Shown here piece by piece: positions 1 to 12,892 of a stretch of DNA of 64,000 nt. The stretch is from Chara braunii (Eukaryota > Plantae > Charophyceae), in the NCBI GenBank assembly GCA_003427395.1, contig BFEA01000007.1, forward strand, positions 6,550,439 through 6,614,438, given 5' to 3'. The stretch's first letter is position 1; every line of letters begins with the position of its first letter. The notes below the pieces were generated by a model. It ran no database searches, was not told where the DNA came from, and saw only the letters and a program-made list of their open reading frames with translations. The translations under genes and the position numbers were made by a program.

Positions 1-173
1 GTGTCCACAATTTGATGGGAGTATAGTGATGGGTCATAGCCGACCGAAACAAGTTTGAACCTTAACTATGTTCCTGGCTTCGTATTCTTTAAGTTTGTGT
101 GGGCGCAAACTGCCAGCTTATTTATCATCTGGTAGCATGGATGTTGGACATCGAGGAAAGACAAGTCTGATTA

Positions 174-174
174 C

Positions 175-243
<69 letters not shown>
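174..243 (+). repeat. (AAT)n microsatellite; a second AAT-rich tract lies at about 719-870
   Basis: Perfect AAT run read directly; it produces the poly-I and poly-Y pseudo-ORFs. Confidence 0.97.
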
Positions 244-244
<1 letters not shown>

Positions 245-719
245 TATGCAAGGAATATGTGTGTGAACGATATACAAAAAACCAACCTGCGAAATCACAC
301 AGATGTCCACGTAGTCATGTCCAAGCAGAGAGTACAAATGCACCGAGAAACCTTCCACATAGAGAAATACAATGAAGTAATGAGCCAATGTTCAAGCCCG
401 TTGGCCACACCAACATAATATCCAAAGTCGCTCCTCTCTGTCTGGCGCCCAGTACCCAGCCTACTCTAGTCGACTGTCCTACCTACAACTGTGCTCATGC
501 AACAGGCTCACTTCGACACTCGAAGACCAATGTACATGACTATCATTACCGTAGCCGACCTCTCTTCATATACCAGGTACGTATCTCGTCACCCTCGATC
601 AGACCTTGATAATCCCACACTCGCCTTCTTCCCAGAAGACCTCCAGATCGCTCGTTGTACCCATGGCACCTAGATCATGTGATGTCTAATAGGGCCCCTT
701 GAGGAATCGTTTCTCACAA
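245..719. mobile_element. Repeat family bounded by (AAT)n tracts, short copy
   Basis: Starts TATGCAAGGAATATG; internal GCAACAGGC...AAGACCAATGTACATGAC...AGGTACGTA and end GGCCC...CTCACAA are shared with 35068-36194; the start is also shared with 37411. Confidence 0.6.
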
Positions 720-1324
720 ATAATAATAATAGTAATAATAATAATAGTAATAATAATAATAGTAATAATAATAATAGTAATAATAATAATAGTAATAATG
801 ATAATAATAATAATAATAATAACAGTAATAACTACTAATAAGGCAATGTATTTGTAATAATAATAATAAACGATGAGATAACTTTATTGTAATAAAATGG
901 TAACGAATGTATACTAGTTAGCTCAAAGTCGGGGTTCTATTCGGGAAAAAAACGTGCGACAGCGGCAACACTGACCATCGAGCAACAGGTACGATTTTCT
1001 CTTCCTCATACCCACACACCCACTAACGCACACATCCAAACAAACGAGCGTGGCAATGCATACTTTCGTGTTCTTTTGTTAGATTCGTTCGATTTTGCTC
1101 ATCTTATCAATGGAAGTGGCGGTTTCAGCCACGGGATTCGCTCTCTCTCTCTCACACACACACACACACTCATACACACGTTACGAGTCGGTGAAAATCG
1201 GAGGAGACAACCCAGCACATTAATGTTTTTCCTTTGTGGAGGTATATATGGCAAATACAACAACACACACTTGCATGAGATACATTTTTTTATTTTTATT
1301 TTTATTTTATTTTATATACATATA

Positions 1325-1357
<33 letters not shown>

Positions 1358-1360
<3 letters not shown>

Positions 1361-2125
1361 GGTTGCCGGCGTTCGGGAAGAGCCAAACACCCGAACCTGA
1401 ATGCCCGAACGTTTGGGACCCCCTCTCGACGCGTTCGGACGAACACGAAAAAAAAAAAAAAAAAAAAGAAGTTTCCAAAAAATCTGAAAAATAAAATATG
1501 TGATGCAGAAGAATAAACTAAACAACATTTGCCTCAACAGTACACACAAATTCTTTACCCAATTTGAAATAAAAATCAAATACGAAAAATAAATAATATT
1601 AATGAAAATAAGAAAAAATAAAACGAGAACGAAATTATTGCGTGCACAAGCACGTTTTTGACACCGCCATCTTTGGCGATTTTTCATTCTGTTTTGGCTT
1701 TGTAAAATGCCATGAAATTTTATACATATGTATCTACCTATAAATAAAATTTGAAAAAATAATAGTGTTTTTCATGCCCTGAAATAAAGGGAAAAAAAAA
1801 AGTGAAAAGAAAAAGTGAAAAGAAAAAGTGAAAAGAAAAAAAGAAAAAACTAGTAACTGGGCAAGCAAGTTTTGACACCACCATCTTTGTCGATTTTTCA
1901 TTATTTTTTGGCTTCACAGAATGCCTTTAAAATTAACAAGCAGGTAACTTACATAACAAAGAACTCACAAAAAACAATTCAGGAAAACATAATATTTTCT
2001 AGGTACCAAAATAAGTTTTTGCGGGGTCCGAACCCCTTCAAGTTTGGGGCCCGTACGGGGACCCGAACGCCCGAACGTTCGGGGGTCAGCTTAGGGGCCT
2101 CCGTACGTTCGGCCTGACAACCCTG
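1358..2125 (+). mobile_element. Non-autonomous TIR DNA transposon (MITE, hAT-like), complete copy inserted in (TA)n
   Basis: TIR CAGGGTTG...CAACCCTG; subterminal CCGAAC/GTTCGG motifs at both ends; paralogs at 51288-52052 (inverted) and 54021-54380 (right half). TSD length cannot be resolved inside (TA)n. Confidence 0.85.
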
Positions 2126-2146
2126 TATATATATATATATATATGA

Positions 2147-2183
<37 letters not shown>

Positions 2184-2339
2184 TATCGTTTTCATGTTTC
2201 TTCGCCTTGAATATGATTCTTCGTCCGCATTGATTCTAATGTGCAATGCTGTTTGGGACGAACAAGGTTCTACCCCGTGAACATCATCATCATGAAGAGT
2301 GAGCTTGCAATATCCATCATTTGGTCCTCCCTGAATGCG

Positions 2340-2395
<56 letters not shown>

Positions 2396-3323
2396 AACAT
2401 AGCGTGATCCGTCTCAGTTCGCAGCATACCGATCACAATGCGGGGAGCTCGACAGGCACATGCATGCACCCCAACAAGTCACGAAGATGACGAGCCAACC
2501 TCACGACGTCGTCATCTGATGCATCATACATCCCATAGTCCCCACCGTTGCATAAGGTGAGTAGGGGATACACGGTTGAGGTCGCCCTCGCTGCGTTTCC
2601 ATGGCACCACTCAAACAGCAGAGAAAGCATAGCCTCCTTACCAAGTCACGACACCTCTCAACCAGCCGCAGTGGAATCACAGCGCAACACGTCCCAGGAC
2701 GTCGAGCAGCATCGTCACGTCAGGTCGAGCAGCATGCCGAGACCATAACCCGGAGGACTTGATAGGCATTAGCGCACATTCAATGATCGTGCGGATGGCA
2801 GGTAAGTGATTTCCCCTCCGCCGCTCTCCTTCTTTTTCTTCTTCTTTTTCGTTTTCTTCTTCTTCTTCTCCCCCCTCTTTGTTCTTCGCCTTCTTCTTTT
2901 TCTTCTTTCTCCTCTTCTCGCGCTATCTTCTCCTTCCTACCTCACAACTCACTTCTCCTCCCTCTAAATGGTAAAATCCGACGATCATCTCACAATACCC
3001 TCAACGAATACCGCCAAGATCACCGTAATCCCGACTCGTAACCGGACCAATCAATCGATAGGAGCGAGGGACGATCTATATAAAGGGCAGGGTCGTAATC
3101 AGCATGAGTTGATGACTTGCGCTTATTGGCATTCCCCTTTCAAGATCGATAGTTACAACAATCTGTCCCCGTCACGATGATCCTTTAGGAAGTTACCCAG
3201 GCCTTACGACCCAAGGAAAACAATCGTTGAATTCATTGGTGTGGCGGGCATGCAGTCCAGGTACGTAACTCTCTCTTCCAATCTTTCTATGTGTGTGTGT
3301 GTGTGTGTGTGTGATGATCAGTG

Positions 3324-3407
<84 letters not shown>

Positions 3408-3742
3408 TCACACACACAAATGTGATAGTGTATATTTCCATATTCTAACGGTAGATTCAATCGATTTAGCTCAGTCTATCGTCGGAAGTATCATTTGACC
3501 AGTTGTGATCGACACACACCCACTCGTACTCACACACACATACACACAACCCCAAATGGTAGCGCGCGGTCACACACACGCACAAGTACACACATACACA
3601 CGCACACATGCCTCACATTCACACTCACACAAACATACGCACGTATACTCACACACAGATACACACATAAGTAGTATTAGATCTAGCAATAGATTCATTT
3701 AATTTTAGTCATGGTACTGATGGAAGTGCCACGATGCCAGCC

Positions 3743-5548
3743 GCGAGATTGAGGACCTACATGCTTATTCTCTCCTTCAGCATCGTCGTGGTCGTCGTCA
3801 TCGTCATCGTCGTCGTTGTCGACATAGTCCTATGGGTCCCCGACTCCCCGCAACTTGGGAACCAACCAAAGGATGTGGAGAGAGTCCCTTGTATCTCAAG
3901 TACAAGACTCCAAAAACCCTCGCCCGGGACATCATGATCGTCGACCGCATGTCAGGTAAGTGTCATCTCCTCCTCCTTCTTCTTCATCTTCTTCCTCTGT
4001 CGTGCGCGGCCTCACCCACCGTATGCTATTCCTTCTATCGTCACGCAATAAATAATTCCTGTCACTCCCGTGACGCTCTTCTCCCTGTTTCATTCTCCTT
4101 TTCCCACTCATTCGCGATCGCGCTTCCCCTTTCTCGATGTACCCTCCTTACTTCTGTGCAGCTATCCCTGCCTCGCTCTTTCGTTCGCGCATTCTGCTTC
4201 CCTCTTGCGGCGCTCCCCTTTTCTATCTGGCCGCCATCTCTCTTCTTCCAACCTTGTGGTCCCGCTTGCTGCATCGCGCTTCAACCTCTTTGCATCGCTC
4301 TTCTTTTCTCATCTCCGAGCCCCTCGTCCCCCCTGGCATGTGTCAAACTAGGATACCGGCGCAGACGTCGGAAAAATCCCGGAAATGAATCTGCCCCGGT
4401 TCTTCGACAAATTTATACGAGATCGGAGGAGGGAAAATAAACCAAGAATAAATAAACAAAAAGAAATATAGAAGAAAAAAAAAACGTAAAGAAAAGAAGA
4501 AAAGAAGAAAAGAAAAACAATGGAATAAAACAAGAGAAAATCTAACCACCAAACTACCCTGTCGTGCCAAGTGTCGGACCCTCGTTTTCAAACGAGGCTA
4601 ACTGTAACTACTAACTATAACTAACTTCGATTTCAAGGTCATGGGTTCAAGTCCCCGTCGGCCGAACGCGGGGCTAAAGTTGAGCTCCTTGCAAAAAGAA
4701 ACTAGCGCGGGGTCGTATGGATTCAATCCCCGAGTCATCCGATTCCCAATTTGTACCGAAACCCATTGAGCTAGCTCCTACTTCGATTAGAAGAGGAGCA
4801 ACTCAGGTATATGTTGAGGTGGGGTTCAGTCTGCCTAGTGGCCTGAGCCCGTTTCTAAGTCTGCGTTTGTGCACACTTGTCGGCCTGCATCCCTGTCTGA
4901 GTGTTTGTCGGCTTGAGTGTGTGTATGTCACCCGCCTCTGTACTTATTTGACCGGAAGGCCCAAAGGGCCGGTAGTTTACCTGTGGACGCGACATTTAGG
5001 GTCGTGGCGGGGAAAACACTTTAGTGGCAGGGAAAGAGACCCGCGACACTTTAAGAACAGCGGAAACACTCAAGTAGTAGGTAAGTCGGTACCTCACCAA
5101 GTAGAGGTAGATATGATGAGTACCCGACTCGAAGGCCGAGTAGAGGAAGACAAAAGCTGACATTTTTAGACGCCCAGTACCGGTAGGTAGGCAGGTACCA
5201 GGCTAAGTCTCAGTGTGTGTCGTAGATCTACCCGACACAACATTAACTCAATCAACCGCTCAACCTTTTCGGTCAGAGGGTATTACTACTAATCCTAACC
5301 ATCACAGCGCCCATCATAACAACGCGCGCTCATACTCTCGAAATTTTCTCAACGATTCGCCCCGGTCTCAATGGCCGAGGAATTCGTTTCGAGTGCCACA
5401 CCAAAGCGTGCACACCCTTCCCATTCAGACCGGCTCCATTATGGTAGCCGACGTCCTCACTGTGTTGAATGCAAAAACATGACCAAATACCCTTAAAGCA
5501 TGGTCAAATACCCTTGTAAGGGTATTTGTAAGGGTATTTGGTCCGACA
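3743..5548 (-). mobile_element. LTR-like repeat, copy 1 (solo or 5' LTR; left limit uncertain)
   Basis: Colinear paralog of 6355-8013; on the minus strand it starts TGTCGGACCAAATACCCTT, and homology with copy 2 stops at that TG. Confidence 0.65.
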
Positions 5549-6467
5549 ACGCTCTAACCTACACATACACACCCGCACACACAATCGAGCAAAACAAGTG
5601 CGGCAACGTACATTTCCATATTCTAGTGGAAGACACATTCGATTTTGCCCATCCTATCGATGGAAAACTCTCCTTCATATGGTAAGTAGCGATGCAGGGT
5701 CGTGGGAACCTGCGTCGTCGTTGCATGGTGCCATTCGGATTGCGAGGAGTGCAGACCCTCCTCACTCAATCACAACACCTCCCAACGGAACACATCGTCG
5801 TAACTGTGAATACGAAGACAACACCTCCACAAGCTGCAATCACTCTCTCTGAAACCCACGCGAAAACAGGTATGTAGCCTTCTGACCTTCTGCCTTCCTT
5901 CTTCTTTCTTTCTTCGTTCTCCCTAGCAAGGTTTCCTTCTCCATCCCCCTCGGTTTGTGCACCGTGCTGCTACTCTATCCTCCATATCTATGTTCTCCTC
6001 GCTGCTTGCGCCCGCGCTCCTTCTCTCCTTGCTTCACGCTAGTCATGTCGCCGCTTTCAACCGCTTCCTTTCTCCTACCCCTTTCTCTCTGTCTCTCTCA
6101 TTCACACTCACACACACATATACACATGCGTAGTGGCACACACGCACGTCAGTAGTGTATATTATCATATTCTTTGGGTAGATCCACTCGATTTTGTTCA
6201 TCCTATTGAGGGGAGTGGCGCGATCCAACCGTGAGGCTCACACGCACACACATATACGCATACACTCATAATGGTAGTGAACCTTTTTGTAGTCTAGCGG
6301 TAGATTCGTTCGTTTTTCTTTCATCCTATCCTAAAGAAGTATAATAGGTAGGCCCGCGAGATAAGAGACTTACCTGCTCATTCTCTCCTTCAGCATTGTC
6401 GTAGTCGTCATCGTTGTCATCGTCGTCGTCGACGACATAGTCCTATGGGTCTCCGCAACTTGGGAAC
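5549..6467. repeat. Dispersed repeat segment, paralog of 38278-39190
   Basis: 5549-5787 matches 38278-38516 directly; about 5813-6467 matches 38517-39190 in reverse complement. Confidence 0.85.
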
Positions 6468-6577
6468 CACCCAAAAGATGTGCAGAGAGTCCCTTGTAAC
6501 TCAAGTACAAGGTTTCAAAAACCCTCACCGGGACATCGCCATCGTTGATTGCATGTAAGGTAAGTATCATCTTCTTT

Positions 6578-6610
<33 letters not shown>

Positions 6611-8013
6611 CTCTTTCTTCTTCCCAAGCGTCTACCACTGTTTATCCCGCTACTACACCTTCCACCTTCCCTGTGCGTTTCATCCTTCTCTGTGCGGCCA
6701 TCTCCACTACACCCCGTGCAACTTCTCCTTCCTGCTTGTCTCTGAAGCGCTCCTCCCGCTCCTCTCTGCATCCTCCACCTACGTGTTGTTATGCACTCAT
6801 TGTGTTTGCCCTTCGAGCACTCAGACCGAACATGCGGGCTAGAGTCTCGGGTTGCTACATCTGGAGTCGAGCATATTTCGTCAAAACGAACCTGTCCGAC
6901 TCTCCTATGCAGATTCACTAAAGTGAATCTTTGAAGACTTAGAGTAGTCACCGGATTAGTAAGAAGACAAAGAAATAAGAAATAGTAAAGAAAATAAAAT
7001 AAAATACAATCAAATAAACGAATCCAACTAATAACGAAAACCAAATGAATAAACAAAAAATTCTAACAACTACTTACTTATTCATGCCAAGTGTTGTGCC
7101 CCTCCTACAGTTGATTACAACTAACCAACCCACTTCAACTAAATCTACTACTAAGGTCGCGGGTTCACGTCACCCATGCCCGGGGTCAGGGTTGAGTGGA
7201 ACTTCCAATAGCAAAAGAAAGGAGCTAGCTCAGGTCGGGGCAGATTCGATCCCTATATCTTCAGCTTAATAGTCTGCTCCGAAACCTACTGAGCTAGGTC
7301 CTACTTCGAATTGAAGTGGAGCAGCATTTGTATATGTACAGGAGCGGGGCTTAGCCCGACCTGTGGCCCAAACCTAACTCTAAATCTGTGCGTGTGCACG
7401 CTTGCTGGCATGCGCACTTGTCAGAGTGCTTGTTGGCTTGAGTGTGTGTGTGACCCACAATGGTACTTAGTTGATCAAACGGCCCAAAGGGCCGGTACTT
7501 AGTTGTGACCCCGACATTGAGGGCCGTGGCAAGAAAGGATACCCGCTAACCCTAAGAGCAGCGGGAAACACTCAAGTAGCAGGTGGGCCGGTACCACACC
7601 AAGTAGAGGTAAATGTGCCAAGTACTCAAAATCGAGCAGAAGAAGACAAAAGTTAGCATTTTTTAAAGGCCCAGTACCGGTAGATAAACAAGTATCATCC
7701 CAAGTCTCTTTGTGTGTCGTAGATATACCCGACACAGCACTAACCTAATAGACCCCTCGACCTTTTCGGTCAGAGGGTATTACTACTGATCCTAACCATC
7801 ACAGTGCGCGTCATAACAACACGCGCACATACGTTCGAAATTTTTGCACCAATTTGCCCCTGCCTCAATGGCCGAGGGAATCGTTTCAAGTGTTGCGCTA
7901 AAGTGCGCACACCCTCTTCATTTCAGACCGGCCCCGTCATGGTAGCCGATGTTGTCGCTGTGTCAACTGCAAAAACATGGCCAAATACCCTTGTAAGGGT
8001 ATCTGGTCCGACA
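6355..8013 (-). mobile_element. LTR-like repeat, copy 2 (probable 3' LTR of a Ty3/gypsy-like element)
   Basis: Minus strand reads CGACGGGGACGTCG (hairpin), then ATAATAGGGTTCGGGAATAC (weak PPT), then TGTCGGACC; the same junction occurs at 40365-40432. Confidence 0.6.
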
Positions 8014-10130
8014 GTATTCCCGAACCCTATTATGCGACGTCCCCGTCGATAGGGACGTTTATTACGATCGTTCATACAGTTCTCCCTTAGATCGTTTCCC
8101 ATGATCAAATCCACTGACAAAATATGACAAGATTGATAACATCAATGGACAGATAATAGAATACAAAACAATACATGTACCTCTCTTTCCTTTTGAAAGA
8201 GATGATGAATCTCTTTCCCAAAATAAGACGCATCTTTGATAAGTGGATAGCCAAATCCGAGTCCCTGGATTGAGATGCGGTCAGATTCGCATTACCTCCC
8301 TTGATACATTCGACCATCGCCGGGATTCTAACCCGGGTCTCTCACATACTGAAAACCCCCAAAACCAAACTCAATGAACCAATAATGGGGATACTGGATA
8401 TGTACTACAACGGCAAAAGTTACCAAGGAAGATAACGATCATCTTTTCCACATTTTTTAACTTTCTTCCCAGATCCTCGTTGGTTGTCCCAGGAGTCGTA
8501 AAATTTGTCTCTTTGGACGCGGGTCTTAACCTATACCATATTACCGTCCCATCCGAAGTCTAATGCGAGGGGATCGGAGGTCTCGGTCTAAACCCACCAC
8601 AGTCCGGTTGATCAGGCCAGATCTGCGATCCACCGTGTTGTTATATTAACAATGGTTCCCGTATTGGTTACGCAATAACGGGTAAATCCTCATACCCTGG
8701 GTTCTACCCAGCTTCTAGACCTGACTCTTAACCCCTCTGGTAACCACCTGAATTGATCCCTCAATAGGGTGGTCACCCTTCAGGTGGCAACTCTAGGCCA
8801 AAACCAGAAAGTCTGCAGCCAGGTTATATTTGGTCAGTAGCCAACGCTAGGAGTTACGTCCCAACGATGTCAAGTTTCCACCATACGTTTGGTAATTTAG
8901 TCTCTCGGACTGACCTCCTGGAGTGGATGAACGATGTTCACTCCAATATATACCAAAAAAAAGTTATAAATCATTGACAAAATTTTTCCCCCGCGTCAGG
9001 TTCCCACTTATTGGATGAACGATGTGCATTTCAATCTGTACAAAAAATAATTCATAAAACCACCAACAAGAATAATTTTTTCATCATCGTCAGATTGTCA
9101 TGTAGTGGATGAACGAGGGGCATTATCAGGTTGCCACTGTGGGATCGTGTCTTCCCGTCTCGATCACAGCTCGGTCAGACACACGTCTCGGGAATCTGGG
9201 TAAAATGAGCCGAAAACTCAAAATAAATATAATTTTTTTGGCTTCCACAATACCATTAATGCAAAAATATATTTTTCATGACATCAACAATCCCAAGCGA
9301 TCCTATTCCAGGATCTTCTACTTTTATCTCAGACTAACCCCATAACGATAATGAACGGTGTCTTTTGCAAAATAAACGCAACTCAAATGTATTTTTAAAA
9401 TATGACACATCCAATGTGTCTTTTCCAGCAGGACACATGTTTGGTGTTTGTCCAACATCAATAATATCATAATTCAAAATAAGACTCAACTGTTAAGGTC
9501 ACTGTCAAACTCCCTTTTGGGATTAGGTCTTAGATAAAAGACTGATTTAATCATGTACCATACAAATATATGTTTAATACTTGTGTCTGAGTATTACTTA
9601 GATCGCACTCGAGAAGGATTACACCTTCTCTACGATAGTCATCAAAGATCAAAAATATATCTCACCAATCAAATCAAATCAAACAATGAGGAAACAAATC
9701 AATACAATTTTTACTGTACGCAGGGTTTTTTCCTTGTTTTCAGAAAACTTTGACAATACAAATGTAAACGGCATTCTTCTACCATAAAGAAGGAGAATAT
9801 AATGAATAACTAAGTAACACTACAAAGAAATGTTCAAAGTGAAAGGAAAGTAAATGACAATTTTAAAACATTCAATCAAATCACTTCAACCAAACACCAA
9901 CGTGTAACTTCAATTAACAATGAGAATAATGTTTACAATGAAAACGACACAAAAAAAATACAATGAGATACAAAAAAAACAACAATGATGAGATGACATT
10001 TATTGTTTTTGTTGGCTTAACAGAGGTATATTGTGTCGAGGGGTGGTGTCTGCAAAGAGATAACATCTCAGATCCCGAGTCCCGCTTCAAGACAGAGCCT
10101 CACCACATCTTTCTCCGATTCCAATGTTAA

Positions 10131-10234
10131 GACCTTATCAGTTTCTTGTCAATAGAGTAGAACGACCTTATCAGTTTCTTGTCAATAGAGTAGAACGACC
10201 TTATCAGTTTCTTGTTAATAGAGTAGAACGACCT
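10131..10234 (+). repeat. 33-bp tandem repeat, 3 copies
   Basis: GACCTTATCAGTTTCTTGTCAATAGAGTAGAAC x3, one mismatch. Confidence 0.97.
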
Positions 10235-12407
10235 CATCTCACATGCTCCAAGTTGGTTAGGCCTTGACCATGGAGATGAGGTGGCCCTGCACGACACAAG
10301 GTTAGGTAACCACTCCTTACCTCATGGCGAACAACAGTCGCGTTCCTATCGGCAGCGTCCTAGCAAGGCCCCAAACATCTTCCTCCCCTTCGATGATAGT
10401 GTATTCACCTCTCCTTATCAGAAAATGTGGCAACACCTCACTATGGACCAGAAACATTGTTCCGGCGTGAGTCTCGCTACCACCTACGAGACTTTACTAT
10501 ACATTTTTTAAGTCGCTCGAAAAAGTATCAATCAATGTTGCAATATTTTAAATGACAGATTTTGCATGCTGACTTCCCTCAAGAGAATTTATTCTCTTCA
10601 AAGGTTAGTCACTCCATTCACCTTCGGTTTTCATGTCGAACGTGAATTTCATACAGTTTTTTTTTTTTCTTATTGAAAAATGCAATTAATAAACATATAC
10701 AGGCACACACAAATAGTCATCAAGCAATCGATAAATATATATATTCATAACAAGTTTTAACTTCTCCCAATAAATAACAAGACATACAATGATACATCAT
10801 TTAAAACATATATCATTCACTCCCACATATATTCACTCATACCAAACCATACACATTTACCAAAGTGCGAATAAGAGGTTTTATCAATCTGATATTGTAA
10901 TTTTGAGGCGTTGGATAATCCTCAAGTGGATACTCTCATACTCTGATCATATAGAGTATAATATTAGAGGAGATAAATATTTGAGTAGATTGTCACATAT
11001 TGATATTTTTACATAATGCAATTTTTCAATGCTTAGCCGATCAATAAAGTTCGAGTCTGCTCCTATATCTTTAAAGAATCTGATAAATTTAATTCGACTC
11101 ATTATGCAATGACTCCTGAAGCTAATTCATTATCATACTTTATCATAAACAAACTTAAGCAGATACATATTTTTCAAGTAAATTACCTAATATTACATTC
11201 ACTGTACTATTCGTCTCTAAGGATTAATCAGTCACTAAGTGGGTGATTAAATAATTAATTTACATCTCGTAATCGTTTAATGGTTATTCTTGCAATAAAC
11301 AACCCTACCAATCATACCATACTGCCATAATCTTATAAACCTATTTCTACTAATTACTTAGTTTCTAACTATCTAAGCATAGTATTGCTTACTTTTATGT
11401 TATTTATCTACTCATATCATCTCACATTATGACTATGATTGGTTTTTCTAGGGTCTTGTTATCATACATACCCTAAGTTTACCTTTCGAAATATATGTCA
11501 AAGATCAAAGTTTTTTGTGCCAGAATAGACCTGATATACGTTAATCTCCCACAGTCCCACTACCTAAACGTACTTATCGAGTAAACGATTTTGCTACAGT
11601 ATAATGCAGATAGTTAGAGTACTCTATATATTCTCATAGTTTCACTACATTCATTAGGCTTTCAGAGAGGAAAATTATTTTTAACAGATAGTCTTAAACT
11701 CATATGTTGCATGATACAACCTGCAGATTTAAACTATTATCAGGAGAATGAGTCTACCATTAGGACCTATATCATATTGCTCTAAGAATTTGACGATTTA
11801 TTTAGGTTATGTGACAATAATTAACAGAGTTAGTTTGATTTACAATCCTATAATCAGAAAGTATGGCGCATGATCTCGCGAACATACGTGGTCTTCAAGT
11901 AGGTAGCCTAACAACTATACAATTTTTCAAGATTCAAGAGGTCTATTCGACATTTACATACATCATCCAACTCCAAAAGGAAACTACTGGTACGCATCGT
12001 CTTCTTTCTCTACCTCAGCGGGACTTTTCCTTGTCTTTTAAGAGAGGTACTCCAATAACATGACATAGAGGAGATTCAACCCTTCTTATATTTCTGATAG
12101 TGACCCAGATCAAAGATTAAAACCTCATCAAAACAAACGTTTCAGCCAGACTATCTCAGGACAAGCAACACATGAACCCACTATGGTTGTCTTCCAGACA
12201 TCTTCTGTATGGTGGGTAAGAGATAACTCTGCGTAAATTGCTACGACAGAAAGTATAAGCATGATGCACAAGTAATGATTTGTCATTACGACTTATGAAC
12301 AAAGGGTGAATCAGGATGCATGATCGTGGACATACATAAATAGTGGGTTGATTTATACGAGAATTTTTCACTACTTGATCAATTACTGACAAAACGATTA
12401 GTCAAAC

Positions 12408-12892
12408 GAGTAATCGAGCAGCCCTACGGGAGCACTCAGACACCCTTCAAAATAAATGCAGTCCTCATGCAATCAATCATTTCAAACAATCTTATGCAAG
12501 CGTCCGGATAACTCACATGAGAGTATCACTTTATTAGTTAAAACAAGTAGTTGAGAAGACATTGTTGAGGCATTTCCAATACTTGTTCCAACATTCATCA
12601 AGAATTCAGGCCACCTCTTATCAAAGATCGGTACAAAATTTAAATTAGCAATAGGTGGCCTTCACGGAAGTCCCCTATTACTCCTTGATCAGAGCCCAGT
12701 TTGTCCTTAAGAGCGCAATAGGATGGCCCCACGGGAGCTACCCTACTACTCTCTGAAAGTTAGACGAGCTAGGATTGAGTTAGTAGACACAGATAAATAT
12801 CAGGACCCATTTTGCTGCAGTATCCTATCAGGTTTGTTAGCGCACAAGCAAGTAAGCAATAGGATGGCCCCACGAGAGTCTTCTTATTCCTT
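12408..12892. repeat. Cluster of related hairpins with (C)ACG(G) loop
   Basis: GCAATAGG(A)TGGCC..CACG(G/A).AG..CCTA(T/C)T-type units at 12647, 12711 and 12854, with a weaker unit at 12408. Confidence 0.7.

Noticed and set aside
10-58. Hammerhead-like GTGATG-GGTC-ATAGCC-GACC-GAAAC
   Set aside because: Core is not CUGANGA and there is no stem I or NUH site; at most a dead remnant.
1183-1210. ACGAGTCGGTGAAAATCGGAGGAGACA, resembling the hammerhead at 52.1 kb
   Set aside because: Stem II and GAAA are broken, CTG is missing, and the match is too short to call.
4636-4660. Isolated B-box/T-arm-like motifs (also about 8320-8345 minus, 50418-50447 minus, 53760-53780)
   Set aside because: No convincing A box or cloverleaf.
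980-6570. Multi-exon host gene suggested by several CAG|GTAAGT-like donors
   Set aside because: The donors lie in duplicated LTR-like repeats and no coherent spliced frame could be built.
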